Assembly: GCA_002633005.1 (NCBI GenBank) | Contig: NMRA01000472.1 | Location: 105,304 to 169,303, forward strand | Direction of reading: 5' to 3' | Source: Phoronis australis | Taxonomy: Eukaryota > Animalia > Phoronida | Length of the DNA: 64,000 nucleotides | In this document: positions 53,901 through 64,000 of the stretch, one piece after another | Position numbering within the stretch: position 1 is the first letter of the stretch | How the letters are laid out: each line of letters opens with the position of its first letter | Made by a program: the position numbers and the translations under genes | Notes under the pieces: generated by a model | What the model saw: only the letters and a program-made list of their open reading frames with translations | Databases searched by the model: none | What the model was told of the DNA's origin: nothing

Positions 53901-56900
53901 CGATTATGTAATGCTCAGTTAAGGCATATTATGTAATACCCCTAAAGTACTGGTGGCACCATAAAGCCAGGCATGTGGTGTATTCATTGAGGGTTGAAGT
54001 AATCAGATATCCAGGTAACCATCAAGCATCAGAGGGGATGTTCATTTGTGTTCATTGAAACTTGAGCCTGAGTCTCATTTAAGCTATGTCTCTTTACAGT
54101 GACCTACCACACGGGTGAGAAACAACATGACCGCCGGTCCTCTAAACAGGACCTCCGGGGATCAAATGGGACCACCGCACCAGAAAATGGGACTGACGCA
54201 CCCAAAAACATGACCGCCCCACCACAAAACAGGACCGCCGGGACTAAAACCGCAACAACTAACAGGCTAAGATTTATTACCGTTAGGCCTACACAGATCA
54301 TACAATGGGGCTATATACGTATGCATATGCAGGTCTTGTGCCGATTAATCCACCGAAATCTTTTGTGAGCAACAAAGGACACTTCGCTTTGTAATACGCG
54401 GCGCTTTTGAGTTTTACTCATCACCAGGCTCCCGGCTGCGGTATGTGACTTATAAACAGTTGAAAGGTCAACATTTAATAAATCTAACACAAAACAACCT
54501 CGTTGTACGCTTTTGAGCTAAATAATTATAATTTTATCCACTGCATAAGTTTTAGAACAAAATGAAAATCATTTTCTCCAATTTGACGTTTAAAGTTAGT
54601 CAAGTAAAAAAACGGACGTTCTGGTTCTCGGGTGAAGCATCATCATACTAGCTGNNNNNNNNNNNNNNNNNNNNNNNNNNNNNNNNNNNNNNNNNNNNTC
54701 ATCATCTTTCGAAAGATGTCTCAAAATTTTTCTGAGGAAATGGCGCGTGCACATGTCACTTATTATTACAACAGTTCATTAGATTGTTTTTCACTCAAGC
54801 GGTTGCAAACTGCAAGGTGAGTGTTGGTTGACGCCTAGATTTTGCATGCGCCTGCATCGGTCGCGCGCTCTACTACATGTTGATGTAAGTTCCACGACGA
54901 GGTGACGAGCAGAACTACCCGGGCTGTGGGCAATGTCGGGGATGTAACGGAGCTCAATAACGCAAGGCTGTCAAGCTTTATTTTGGCGATAGTCTTTACA
55001 CAGCTATCTGACCGGTTACGTCATAACCCGCAGTATCACACAAAGGCCTTAACTACTCAGTCCCCGGCGGTCCTGTTTTGTGGTGGGGCGGTCATGTTTT
55101 TGGGTGCGTCAGTCCCATTTTCTGGTGCGGCGGTCCCATTTGATCCCCGGAGGTCCTGTTTAGAGGACCGGCGGTCATGTTGTTTCTCACCCGTGTACCA
55201 TATAACTACCATCCTGAAAGATATTATGCACCTTCTGGTATAGGCCAATTTATGAACATGATGCAAATGGAAAACCAAACTGAAGGCTGGCGTATCTTTA
55301 AACAATACTTAATTTATGCATTTAAAAGGTGACTTGGAGGGGGAGGGGGAGGGGGGGGGGAGGAGGAAGGGGGTTCCAGTTTGCACCATGGCTTTCTCTT
55401 GTGCTACCTAACTTTTACTTTGTATTCTATTACAAGAAGGGCCAATGTCCTTGTTTACTGTAATAAAACTAGATATACCACTCATAGGTTTATGATAGGA
55501 ATGCCTTGCTGCACTCAAGTGACTGATAGCTCAGACTTACACCAAAGGCTGACAAAATCTAAATCATTATAATTCACAAAGCATACACAACATCAATGGA
55601 CGGCCTGCCAATCTGCTAACCATCTGCAGACAGTTGAGATCTTCAGGTCTAACAAGAGTTGGCTAAACAACAGGTGCATTAAACTAGCTGTTTCTAATTT
55701 GAGCTTGCAACATATTCATTGGCCTTATGTAACCAACCATGTATGTTGACTAGAAACAGTGTGGGGGAAGGAATACTACAATTAGTGCCAAGGAATACGA
55801 AAAAAAGTCAGATACTAATAATGAAGCTGCGACATAGAACCCTTGTTGTACATAAATGAGGTCGGGTACAAACAGTGTCAAGCCAACAAGGCACACTAAC
55901 AAAAAGGAATGTATGGATATCAATGAAAGGCACTCATGGCAGTAGTCTATGAACTAAATGATGGGACTATTTACAGTATGTGCTAAAAGTGTTCAGACAA
56001 AATGACCCAGTATTCCCCAAGGTGACCCTAGGAAGGGGGTTGAACTCATCCATCAGTAGCCTCATCCCTCATGATCTAGAATGAAGGAAGAGTTAGTAAT
56101 ATTTCTTAACCATTCTGTAAACAGTCATTACCAATCAGTAATGCTGTTAACACATTAAACCATATTGATGGAGAGTGTTCCAAATACTTTCGTCATATAC
56201 CGTACATGAAATTATAGCCGGATTTGAAACCGATTTGAAACCTATCGTATCTCATGGAAACTGGTAATAGGAGCTTTCCATATAATACACTACTCTGATA
56301 ACAACAAGGAATTCAAAAACTGATTAGCCATTAGTAATCCATTCACTGGTATTCTCTGGGGCCTAGCTCACTGTAAGGGCTCATGTTAAGTGAACATCAG
56401 ACAAATACCTTGATGTGATGATACAGCACATGCTAACCAAAGAGAAACCATTCAATACTATTGCTCACCAACTAAAATTATAAGGCATTGTACTGTTAGG
56501 CAGAGTTCTATGTGTACAGAACAGGTTTCTAGTGAGAAAAGTAAAATCACGCAAGTCTTTGGATGATAACGCCATGCATTACAAGCGAAACATGTGATCA
56601 CAGCAGCTTCACTTGCAAGTATCTTGCATAGACGGAACACAATCCTGCATTAAGTTTTGAGTAAGATATTCCTGTTGGTAGTTTAAGGTTTTTCATTTCA
56701 TATATGGACTGTAATCAATATCACTGAAATGTGTGTCAATCATGCTTGTGTACCAGCATTTGAAAATCAGAAGAATACTAATACTGCCAATTCGATACTG
56801 GAACTATACATCTAATGCTTTACGAAAACTGAATGGCAAAAGTGTATAAAACCAATTTGGAGTTGCTTGGCATATAAAGATGAATGTACAAAAACTCTAA

Positions 56901-59900
56901 AAAAGAAAAATGACCACATCAAAACGAAATGGCTGTGTAGCAGATAGCTGTTTATTTCATCTTAGGAAATTGAACAAAAGTAATATAATTACTGCCACAC
57001 ATCAATAACATTATATGCAGGCAAATAACATTATGGCTGCATGGTCTCCTTGATGAATACCCCACCACAGTTCATGAAAATCTACCAAGGAACTCCGAAC
57101 ATACATTTAAGCAAACATAAAAAAATAAAATTGCCACTAGGGAGCACACCGGTAGTTGGATACGTCCAAACATATGCAGATGCTGTTATGGTAAGAACCG
57201 GGGCCCATTCCAAATAAACAGACTCAGCTAAGACAAATATTAAATTAAATTTTAAAACAAGTAAAAAGTTAAATTTGCCTCAAAACTAATTCAAGAAAGA
57301 GATCTTAAGTTTGACTTAAGTGTTTGACATAAGTTTTCTCCTAATTTTGACTAACTTACCGAATGTGGAAGTTTCAAAGTTTGAAAGTAGACAAATCTTA
57401 AACTTAAGTAAAAAATGAACTTAAGTCAGTTTCTTGGAACCAACATCCAGAGCTTTTGGAGACACAGCAACGGAAGGGCAAACGAACAGGGATAATGGTA
57501 AAATGCACCTTCATGAATGAGTGCATTGAGTGCATTAAGATCCCGGATATATATCAAGATCCCGGATATTTATCACTGAATTACTTGACCTAGTTCAAAG
57601 AATACAACTATTTTGAACTAGTTATTTTTTATTCATTCTAGCTGAGTGCAGTCGTCCTTGCAGTTGTCACCTAGTTCAGACACAATTTATTCTAGCTGAG
57701 TGCATTCATCCTTGCAGTTGTCACAGAGTTCAGACAAATCAGCGATATAATTAATTTAAAATGCCAGCCTTGTGATTCAAAATTTCCGCTGCAAATGAAC
57801 ATTTTCTCATCCTCAAGTCAAATCCCCTGAACTTTTTCCCTTGTTTTCATCAAATGCCATAGAGAATGCTCATCCATCAATATGATAAACAAATCAACAA
57901 GTCTCCACAGGATGATGATTCAGTATAACACAAAAACTGTTTTTCAGAATACCCAGGTGTTTGCCGCCTAAACAGTTTAACATGTTGAACACTTAAAAGG
58001 TGCTAATGTTTAAAAACATGACAAAAACAGTAGGCCAAGCAGCTGACAGTTTACAAAACAAATGCCTTGATGCTCTGATGTTTTGAAGTTGTCACATCTC
58101 AAAATTTTCAAAATCTCACCGGTAATTCTAAGATGTCACAGCTTTTTCGGTGCTTTTTTGTGTGCGTAAGTCACGTCAACTTTGTTTTTGTCACATATAA
58201 AAGACACAATATTTGTAAGCGATAACGACAAATTCCATAACTATAGAATTGGTAAAAAAGGAACCATCACTCGATGCCCCATAAATACTTGGCACACATT
58301 TTGTCACAGAATTTTCAAAACGGCATAAAATGTCACAGATTTTCAGGCAAACAGGTTTTGTCACAGAATGTTTCCATGTAACAAGGAATCAATTCTCTGG
58401 GCCTTAGGGAGTCAGGAAGCTGAGCTGTGATACCATAGACCCAACAGCCATCTATAGGTACAGTACGTGAGACAGTGTGTGGCGCATGGTAAAGGTGAAA
58501 CAGACATCATATTAAATATCAAATATGAATGTTTTGATGGTAAAAATCCAGATTAACGTAGCAACTTAACGAACAATGGAACATGTTTGCTGATCTTTTT
58601 GGGTTTACCGTCTGCTTTTCCATGAGTGATGACTCTCTGGTCATCTATAGGGGCCCAATACTGGAAATATTGGAACCCTTATGTCCAAGTCCTTCCACTC
58701 ACATCATACAAGTTGTCCCCATGCAATTCCCAAATTCGTGAAAACGGTTTTCTTATTCAGACACAAACAGTGTCCTCAAAAATGTATGAAAAGGTCAAGT
58801 AAAACCATAATACCCTTAAAATACAAAAATAGTATGAAAGTATGATAATCACAAGACTCTGTACATACCACAAACCTATGTGATCGGTCATTTCGTCATC
58901 TGCATACCACTACATAGGTACAGGACTCCTAACCTGAAAAAATGGGAATCCCCCGTCCCACCACACACTTAATCCTTGAAACCTGTGAAATTTCAATTTT
59001 CCTTAAAAAACCCTTGTTTTGAGCTACATAGGGTACAAAAATCCTGTGAAAATTGTAGTTTAAGAAATCATTTTAAACACCTAGAACCCTCATGTGTGAC
59101 ACCTATTTTTCAGAGTGGGAGGACTGGGACTGGCGTTGCATGTCTGTATTGGTCAGTTGTAGTGTTTAACAAGCATACAAAAATGCTTAGTATATATATA
59201 CTGTATTGACCCTGTATACTAAAATACTAGTTTAGTGCTTAACTCCTGTATAATCAATATCTTCTCCCATGACAGAATTATCTATTCTCCTTATCAACAA
59301 CTGGTCAAAGCAACCTACAGTGAAGCTGCTCTCATATTAGTGTAATGTATTCCCAGGAGTCAAAACACTATATTGTAGATCAACAGCCATGCCCTTTACT
59401 CCAGATCTTAAAATCCAGTTGCAGTTTTGAACCCAGGTGCAGTGCTTGTTGTCTTGTGTACAGGAGATTTGACTTGCAAGTAACACTAAACACCCTGGGC
59501 TTGTGCGGTTTATTTTTGGAAATGATTTTGATTGAAACGGTATCACCAGGCATGTTTGCCACAAACTGACTGAAGGTGAATCATGATTTCGTTCATCCAC
59601 CATGTCAGACTGCAGTTGTCAATAAAATATGACCTTCACAATCTGTAAAATGACGAACATTAGAGTATGTGAGCCAACCTTCCCTTTAACTCCATTACAC
59701 GGCAACAATAGTTTCATCGTTAGAAACGAGGAGGTATTTTACCAACTGACCACAACAAATTCACAAGCGAAGCCAGATACAAATGCAGTTACCCTTAGGA
59801 ATATAAAAACATACTTTCACTGCGTATTAAACGAAATATTACTTTTTAGACTTACATGAAAGCAAAAAATGTAGGAAAAGGATTTGTGCTTTTCAGCTAT

Positions 59901-62145
59901 ATCATTCCTGCAGGGATTACAACTACAACATACAGAATTCCATACAGACAAAACTGAGAGCCAAATCACAGATGATTTTAATCGAACAAATTAGGATGGT
60001 TGAGAAAATACTACAGCAGTAACTATGCTCCAAACCTTTTGCATGCAAAATGTAATTGGGCACGTTAAATTTAGTACAGCTACTAACTAGTCCAGTCTAA
60101 ATGATCTTGTGAAATGGGTTTAAATTCTTGTGGTTTATGGGGAAAGAATGACAGTCCACCTTCCTGAATCATATACCCTGTTCACACTAAACCATCTTTT
60201 AACTTTCAAACTGATACATAAGTTACGGTATAACTCTCGATCTATACTACAGCATGGTTATAACCCTCCGTAAGGGTGGATTTGCGAGTTGTATTTTAAC
60301 TTTAGAATACAACTCGGTGAGAGCGCAGCAGTTGTAAAAGTTAACTCATAAGGTGGCGCTGCGGTCGAATCTCACTGGGCACTAACCAGGGTGAATAACA
60401 CTGTCTTACCATTATCAACTATACCACGAACAAGGGATATTTACAAACAGTTATACCTGTTGGCGTGAACAGCACGATTCGCAAAAGTCACAACTATTGA
60501 AAGAGCTACACCTGGGTTAAGTTGGTCTGAATACAGCTAGTACGAAATTCCTTTATGAAACTCATACTCTAAATTCAAGACATAACTGAGTTAGGCTGAG
60601 TATGGCCAGGCTCCTCACCCTAGGAATACTCTAAATATAGACAGAACTGTTGATTACACTAATTATAAATAGCAAATAACTGACTCTTTGGGTAGTGAAG
60701 ACAATAATGCAACTACACTACTTAGTGCATGTGTAACCTACCAGAAGTTTGGTGGATAGGTGAGTAGAGTCATGTTATCATGCTGGATTTAATTTGATAT
60801 ATGCCAACACCCCAGGCAAATAGACAGCATGATGATACTGTGTCAGAATATCTATCTTTGCCAAGCAAGGCACTATTTCATGGATTGCAGCTGTGTAGGA
60901 AACCTGTTAAATTAAATTAATGAGTAACTTAACAAATTTACAGCTTGTGAGTTCTTCTGTACTAGTACCAAATTTCAAAGTATTTATTACTGGTAAAATG
61001 CTATGCAAATTCACAAAGTTTGAGAATATTCCAACCACAAACCCGCATTGATGAAGGTCAAAGTTGCACAGTCTGTTATGCCAAACTGGACACTGTCCCA
61101 TTTTCGTCACATTTTTTCAAAAACCTTCTCCACTGGTCACCACCCAAGATTTGAATCTATACTGGTTGCTGCAGCCCTAAATCATAAGTGAGCAATTCTC
61201 AAGGACTGTTTCTCTAATTGCAACAAGTTGTTTTTGCATTCTAAATATTGGTCTGCTTATTTCATGTTGTGAGAACAATTTACATTCACAACGATTATTG
61301 CCTTTCAACAGACAAATTGGAGTTGATCTTCAGATAGTGAGCATTCCTTTCGTGAACACCTACCAAAACATTAATAACAAATAATCTACCGCAACCATGT
61401 GGTTTGTATACTTGATCTTTATGAAACTTTCTCCAGAGACAAGAGGAAAAACCTCCGACTCCAACAAAAATGAGATAAAGTATCGCCACTTCAGTCAAAA
61501 TGTCAGCAAATTTTTAAACTGCAAGCTAACCCTTCAATTCCCTGAACTGTCTCGATTCCAAAACCAAACAGAAAATTGGGTATCGCAACACTAACCTCTG
61601 CACAAGTCAACAAACAGTACACTGATAACTGAGCACTGTTCATACTAATGCCTGATAAATTATGATTATGTAAGGCGTGGCAAATCTAGAGAATTAAACG
61701 CAATTAAACTCACAGAAGGTCTTTTCCACACGAATGGTTTAGGAGGCCTCTGACTGTAAAAGAGTGAAGCGTCTACAGCGGGGAACTCAGGATCCTCGAA
61801 CAAAGTTCCAGTGGACTGGCACTGGGAACGGATATCAGACGGGTCCTGCTTGGGTAGCATTCGCGATGGATCCGCATCTTTGCGGGTACTCCAACCGCTT
61901 TTATATCCCCTCTGAACAGGAACGTTTTTGGTCGAGGAAATTCGCGACATTGCCGGCTGCGAATCGTTGAATCTACTCCCTGACGATCTATCCCCGTCTC
62001 CCCCACTGGTGTGGACTGTGAACGTACTAGTAGGTTGACCACTACCGCCGTATGTACGAGTAGTAACTTCAGTACGTGTTTGCGGAGCGCCCCCGCCGCT
62101 GGAATAGTACGTTCTGACAGTGCGAGTCGATTGCGAGTAGGACAT
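14942..62145 (-). CDS. Classical calpain (calcium-dependent cysteine protease: CysPc + C2-like/CBSW + penta-EF-hand), 17 coding exons, ~771 aa
   Basis: Manually spliced exons: 61714-62145, 49041-49110, 46519-46777, 44873-45041, 44214-44389, 43586-43663, 42263-42435, 40643-40806, 39578-39789, 30167-30203 (second copy 31112-31148), 26262-26394, 21041-21093, 19343-19411, 18930-19008, 18025-18141, 16534-16601, 14942-14968. Sum is 2316 nt, all introns GT-AG with matching phases. Motifs include [23 protein letters not shown] (catalytic Cys), GHAYS (His), RNPWG (Asn), DDGEFWMS and EF-hands such as [15 protein letters not shown]. Confidence 0.96.
15302..15455 (+). mobile_element. tRNA-derived SINE, with an inverted partial copy at ~15130-15215
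   Basis: A-box-like TGGCTCAGTGG, anticodon-arm-like TCTGC-7nt-GCAGA and a degenerate B box GGTTCCGGATTCC. The body GCAGAAATCTTTTCGGACTTATATTC occurs reverse-complemented at 15180-15205. Confidence 0.6.
16534..16601 (-). CDS. Calpain coding exon 16 (EF5)
   Basis: ttgcag|[23 protein letters not shown]|gtatgt. Confidence 0.9.
17268..17800 (+). mobile_element. Same DINE-1/HINE-like family, partial copy
   Basis: GCGTTGAAATG..CCCACAAATGGT head and TGGCCACTAGGTGGCAC units. Confidence 0.55.
18025..18141 (-). CDS. Calpain coding exon 15 (EF4)
   Basis: ttttcag|[38 protein letters not shown]|gtaagt. Confidence 0.95.
18930..19008 (-). CDS. Calpain coding exon 14 (EF3)
   Basis: ttcag|[26 protein letters not shown](G)|gtgagt. 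Confidence 0.95.
19343..19411 (-). CDS. Calpain coding exon 13 (EF2)
   Basis: ccttaacttagccccacag|[23 protein letters not shown]|gtaggt. Confidence 0.94.
19412..21040 (-). other. U12-type (minor spliceosome) GT-AG intron of the calpain gene
   Basis: 5' splice site GTATCCTTT (21040-21032); branch sequence ACCTTAAC (19431-19424) about 12 nt before the exon start; no polypyrimidine tract. Confidence 0.9.
21041..21093 (-). CDS. Calpain coding exon 12 (PEF), ends at a U12 donor
   Basis: ttcag|(E)[17 protein letters not shown]|GTATCCTTT. Confidence 0.92.
23537..24382 (+). mobile_element. Same DINE-1/HINE-like family, near-complete copy
   Basis: ACAAGAGCAACTCGGAGCATTGAAATGCGCCCACG ... GTGGGCGCAAAA with the same internal units. 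Confidence 0.65.
24457..24641. repeat. 62-bp minisatellite, three copies
   Basis: TTCAGAAATAAGACAATCAGTAAAAAGGCAATTTAGCTTGAAACCCAAAACAACCACTTAAC at 24457, 24519 and 24581. Confidence 0.9.
24785..24793 (-). CDS. Candidate 9-nt calpain microexon
   Basis: attgcttttccattacag|GCAATCCAC|gtaagc; frame-preserving, no stop. Confidence 0.55.
25365..25863. mobile_element. Foldback MITE with terminal and internal inverted repeats
   Basis: Outer IR CAAATATTGGAATTTGCTTACTT / AAGTAAGCAAATTCCAGTATTTG; inner hairpin with ~65-bp arms at ~25482-25633. Confidence 0.7.
26262..26394 (-). CDS. Calpain coding exon 11 (linker and EF1)
   Basis: ttctag|[44 protein letters not shown]|gttggt, phase 1. Confidence 0.93.
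29257..29280 (-). CDS. Candidate 24/21-nt calpain microexon, (Q)DQKKGGN
   Basis: tttag|CAG|GACCAGAAAAAAGGTGGCAAT|gtaagt; NAGNAG acceptor, both choices in frame (phase 0); weak pyrimidine tract. Confidence 0.4.
30167..30203 (-). CDS. Calpain coding exon 10 (37-nt linker exon), copy A
   Basis: tttttctttccag|(S)[12 protein letters not shown]|gtgagt; converts phase 2 to phase 0 as the gene model requires. Confidence 0.88.
31112..31148 (-). CDS. Calpain coding exon 10, copy B (probably the other allele, duplicated in the assembly)
   Basis: Same exon and splice sites with one synonymous change (GTG/GTT Val). It lies in a block duplicated across the single N at 30787. Confidence 0.7.
31890..32372 (+). 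mobile_element. Same DINE-1/HINE-like family, 3' fragments
   Basis: TTGCCACTAGGGGACAC, CCCAGACAGA and ATGTGGGTACATAA. Confidence 0.55.
32522..32658 (-). CDS. Candidate alternative internal first exon of calpain (PEF-only isoform)
   Basis: AAA-ATG opens 45 codons ([45 protein letters not shown]) and ends AT|GTGAGT in phase 2, matching exon 10; locally CpG-rich. Confidence 0.5.
33200..34322. repeat. Near-identical tandem duplication across single N at 33761 (likely assembly overlap)
   Basis: 33200-33760 versus 33762-34322, offset 562; the two ORF-track translations are identical. Confidence 0.85.
36874..38915 (+). mobile_element. Two adjacent Helentron-associated (DINE-1/HINE-like) repeat copies with internal ~140-bp tandem units
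   Basis: Each copy starts AACAAGAG(C/A)AACGCGGAGC(A/G)TTGAAATG; the second ends ATGTGGGCGCATAA. Units repeat GCCACTAG(G/A)(T/G)GGC and AAATTTCATGAAAATC. The family assignment rests on structural resemblance only. Confidence 0.65.
39578..39789 (-). CDS. Calpain coding exon 9 (C2-like domain end)
   Basis: cag|[17 protein letters not shown]...FINTREV...[28 protein letters not shown]|gtttgt (weak donor, phase 2). Confidence 0.93.
40643..40806 (-). CDS. Calpain coding exon 8 (C2-like domain, acidic loop)
   Basis: ttcag|[54 protein letters not shown]|gtaaat. Confidence 0.95.
42263..42435 (-). CDS. Calpain coding exon 7 (end of CysPc, start of C2-like domain)
   Basis: cag|[21 protein letters not shown]...[14 protein letters not shown]|gtaaca. 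Confidence 0.95.
43586..43663 (-). CDS. Calpain coding exon 6
   Basis: gcag|[26 protein letters not shown]|gtaagt. Confidence 0.95.
44214..44389 (-). CDS. Calpain coding exon 5 (catalytic His and Asn)
   Basis: cag|[23 protein letters not shown]...[20 protein letters not shown]|gtaagt. Confidence 0.97.
44873..45041 (-). CDS. Calpain coding exon 4
   Basis: ctag|[26 protein letters not shown]...SLMGCSIN|gtaagc. Confidence 0.96.
46519..46777 (-). CDS. Calpain coding exon 3 (catalytic Cys)
   Basis: cag|[12 protein letters not shown]...VVVDDRLPT...[14 protein letters not shown]|gtgagt. Confidence 0.97.
46901..47012. repeat. Degenerate 20-bp minisatellite
   Basis: CCCTGCTCAGCATTTGGG-like unit, about 5 copies. 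Confidence 0.75.
47515..47954 (+). mobile_element. Same DINE-1/HINE-like family, 5' fragment ending at the N join
   Basis: AACAAGAGCAACGCAGAGCGTTGAAATGCGCCCAC head and TTGCCACTAGAGGC. Confidence 0.5.
48450..48903. mobile_element. MITE-like dispersed repeat, with inverted homologues at ~30333-30786 and ~31255-31708
   Basis: Terminal IR TTTACACGAGACAACTG / CAACTGTCTCTTGTGTAAA; shared internal blocks (GCATGCGCAGACAGTC, CATTCCACGTG, TGATCCAGTT) are found reverse-complemented near 30.4 and 31.3 kb. Confidence 0.65.
49041..49110 (-). CDS. Calpain coding exon 2
   Basis: ttttag|[23 protein letters not shown](G)|gtgagt; 70 nt; absent from the ORF track. Confidence 0.95.
54110..55195. mobile_element. 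DNA transposon with ~136-bp TIRs, Transib-like termini; no transposase visible
   Basis: Near-perfect TIRs at 54110-54245 and 55059-55195 starting CACGGGTGAGAAAC; exact 5-bp TSD TACCA (54105-54109 and 55196-55200); internal N gap at 54655-54698. Confidence 0.8.
61714..62145 (-). CDS. Calpain coding exon 1 (low-complexity N-terminus and start of CysPc)
   Basis: CAAC-ATG start; [10 protein letters not shown]...[30 protein letters not shown], followed by a GTGAGT donor, phase 0. Confidence 0.92.
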
Positions 62146-62201
62146 GTTGGCTGAGCTCGAGTCGAATCGATACCAGTTCTACACGAAATAACAACTGTAG
62201 C

Positions 62202-62327
62202 CTGAAAAGTGTGAACACAAAGTGACACCGGAGACTTGTAATACGCACCTAACACAAGCGGTAACCCGGTGCAACACGAATTACATGGTAAATATGCAAA
62301 AGAAAGACGCGGTGTCAAACAACTTAC
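62202..62327 (-). other. Probable 126-nt 5'UTR intron of calpain, with an upstream non-coding exon at ~62328-62460
   Basis: ACG|GTAAGT donor at 62327 and cacacttttcag| acceptor at 62202, 56 nt upstream of the ATG. Confidence 0.6.
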
Positions 62328-62329
62328 CG

Positions 62330-62500
62330 TCGGTCACGAAACACGCCCTGCCTTGGAAAATGGACAAGTCCGGTAGAGTTCAACGAGAACGAGGAGAAAG
62401 GAGTTCGTACACTCCTTCCCGGAACAACATTCTATGCTATGTATAAAGTACGCACGTCAACGTTTGAGTGTTATTGTTGTAAGTTTATTTATAGAGCAAG
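62330..62500 (-). promoter_or_regulatory. Putative calpain promoter/TSS region
   Basis: CpG-retaining stretch continuous with exon 1, and TATAAA on the minus strand at 62488-62493. Inference only. Confidence 0.35.
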
Positions 62501-64000
62501 CCTATCGTGTAATCGACTCTTAACAATAGGTGTTACCTTGCAGATGTTTCACGATAGGCTATCTCCCCCGACAAAAAATGGCACAAGCGGCTTCAGTTTG
62601 ATCTGATTCAAATAATTTTTGGGCTGTCTTGTTCGTTGACGGTGATGAGGCTGCTGCAAAATGGGGATTGAATTACAAACATATAGCGGGCGTCAGAACA
62701 GCTGAGACAAACTTCCAAATCGTTATCACTATACACAAACCACCAAACCTGTGACTTTCACTCGGGCACCCCAGGGTTCATCTTTTTACGTGATCCCAAC
62801 CCTGATGATCGAACCCAGATCGCGAGGCCGACTTGCCTGCTGACTTGCATGTCAAAAATCTATATGTTAAAGCAGACATAACCAGAGCTCTTTCCAACTA
62901 ATTTGGCTTCCAAGAGACGAACTGGTTTAGACCTTTTAACGCTATAAAATAGGTCGCAACTTGTTATAACTGAGGACTGAGTCCATATTTATTTTCAATG
63001 ATCTCTGAGCTCAGTTTTTAGTTATATTATTAGAAAATGTCCTTAACCAAAGAGGAACTCATGATTAAGAAGAAATGATAGAAAAATATTGCACCTGTGA
63101 GTCCATAAAGACACACTACGCACAAAGACTTAGAGACCTTTGAGTCATGAGTCCGGCGTTTCATGCAACCGGCCAGAGGAGACCACGCTCGTTTGGAACG
63201 CGCAGACAAGCCATCTAGTATTGATCAGAGACCATAACGTCTTTGTATTGGTCCTGTTCGATCTCGGCGCCGGAAAAGTTTCACTCCCGGCCCTTGGTAG
63301 CCACCCCATCCAACCCATCGATCACTGAATGCGGCTACGAACATTCTCTCAACACTGAGTCAAATTCGGAGGCCAACTCTAATCGCTTTGAGTTACGCAA
63401 CCTCGGCTTTCTGGAAGACGGTGTCTCGTTCTATGCGAAGTAAACACATGATCGAGCCGGCAGTAAAGTCAGACCGGCTGAGACTAGATGCGGCTATCCA
63501 AATCCCACTGGGAGACTGCCATGGGTTGCCAACTGAAGCCCTGTTCATTGTAAACAACGGGTTACTAGTCTCAGAAGAAAACTTGGTCCTGCGTGGTTAA
63601 GTTCGCGCCTCCTACCCCAGGCCCGTGGGCACCAATCTCAGCCCCCCCGCAGATCGCCACATCACGTAATGCCGTTGAGATTGATTTAGTGGGCTATTGT
63701 TAGCATACAAAATGGTTCCTTCCCAGGAAAGAAAATCAGACGGCGTTCATCAAAAAATGTAACAGTCCATTTTCAACATTAAAGTGGATGTAAGCCACGG
63801 TAATGTTTTGAATACAAGTCCAGTGCCTGAAAGTTTTTTAAACAATTAAAATTGATGTCGTGCGACTATCTGAACGTTTTTGCTTTGAACGTGAATTAGA
63901 AGAAAAAATGCGGTCGGTGTCATAATTGCTGTGTCAAGTTTACTGTCAAGGGCTTTCTGTACCGTACATATCTTAGATTTTTGGCTTACTTTCAAAAGAG

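Noticed and set aside
54099-55305. Mirror-image ORFs sharing [18 protein letters not shown] / [14 protein letters not shown]
   Set aside because: They are translations of the two TIRs, not proteins.
61773-62318. 181-aa minus-strand ORF overlapping calpain exon 1
   Set aside because: It is an alternative frame of a GC-richer exon, starts at a non-ATG codon and begins inside the putative UTR intron.
63130-63660. CpG-rich stretch with short ORFs as a divergent gene
   Set aside because: No recognisable protein or splice structure. It contains TIR-like fragments (GTTTCATGCAACCGGCC, GAGACTAG/CTAGTCTC) and is more likely repeat-derived; unresolved.

Overview
This is AT-rich metazoan genomic DNA, probably from an invertebrate; the taxon cannot be determined from the sequence. 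It comes from a draft assembly with single-N joins at 10486, 30787, 33761 and 47955 and an N gap at 54655-54698. The main feature is one complete classical calpain gene on the minus strand. I reconstructed it by hand as 17 coding exons (62145 to 14942; 2316 nt, 771 aa), all introns GT-AG and phase-compatible. It has an intact Cys/His/Asn triad, a C2-like domain and a penta-EF-hand (PEF) domain, and one intron is U12-type. Its introns hold several candidate unannotated exons: an internal ATG-led first exon that would give a protease-less, PEF-only protein resembling a calpain small subunit; 9-nt and 21/24-nt in-frame microexons; and a duplicated splice donor. The first ~9 kb is a nested, decayed transposon cluster: a DIRS/Ngaro-like element, and a LINE interrupted by a Gypsy LTR element and a hAT-like MITE. 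The introns also carry Helentron/DINE-1-like repeats with tandem CTCF-like motifs, a Transib-like TIR element, other MITEs and a tRNA-derived SINE. Most short ORFs in the supplied track are spurious.
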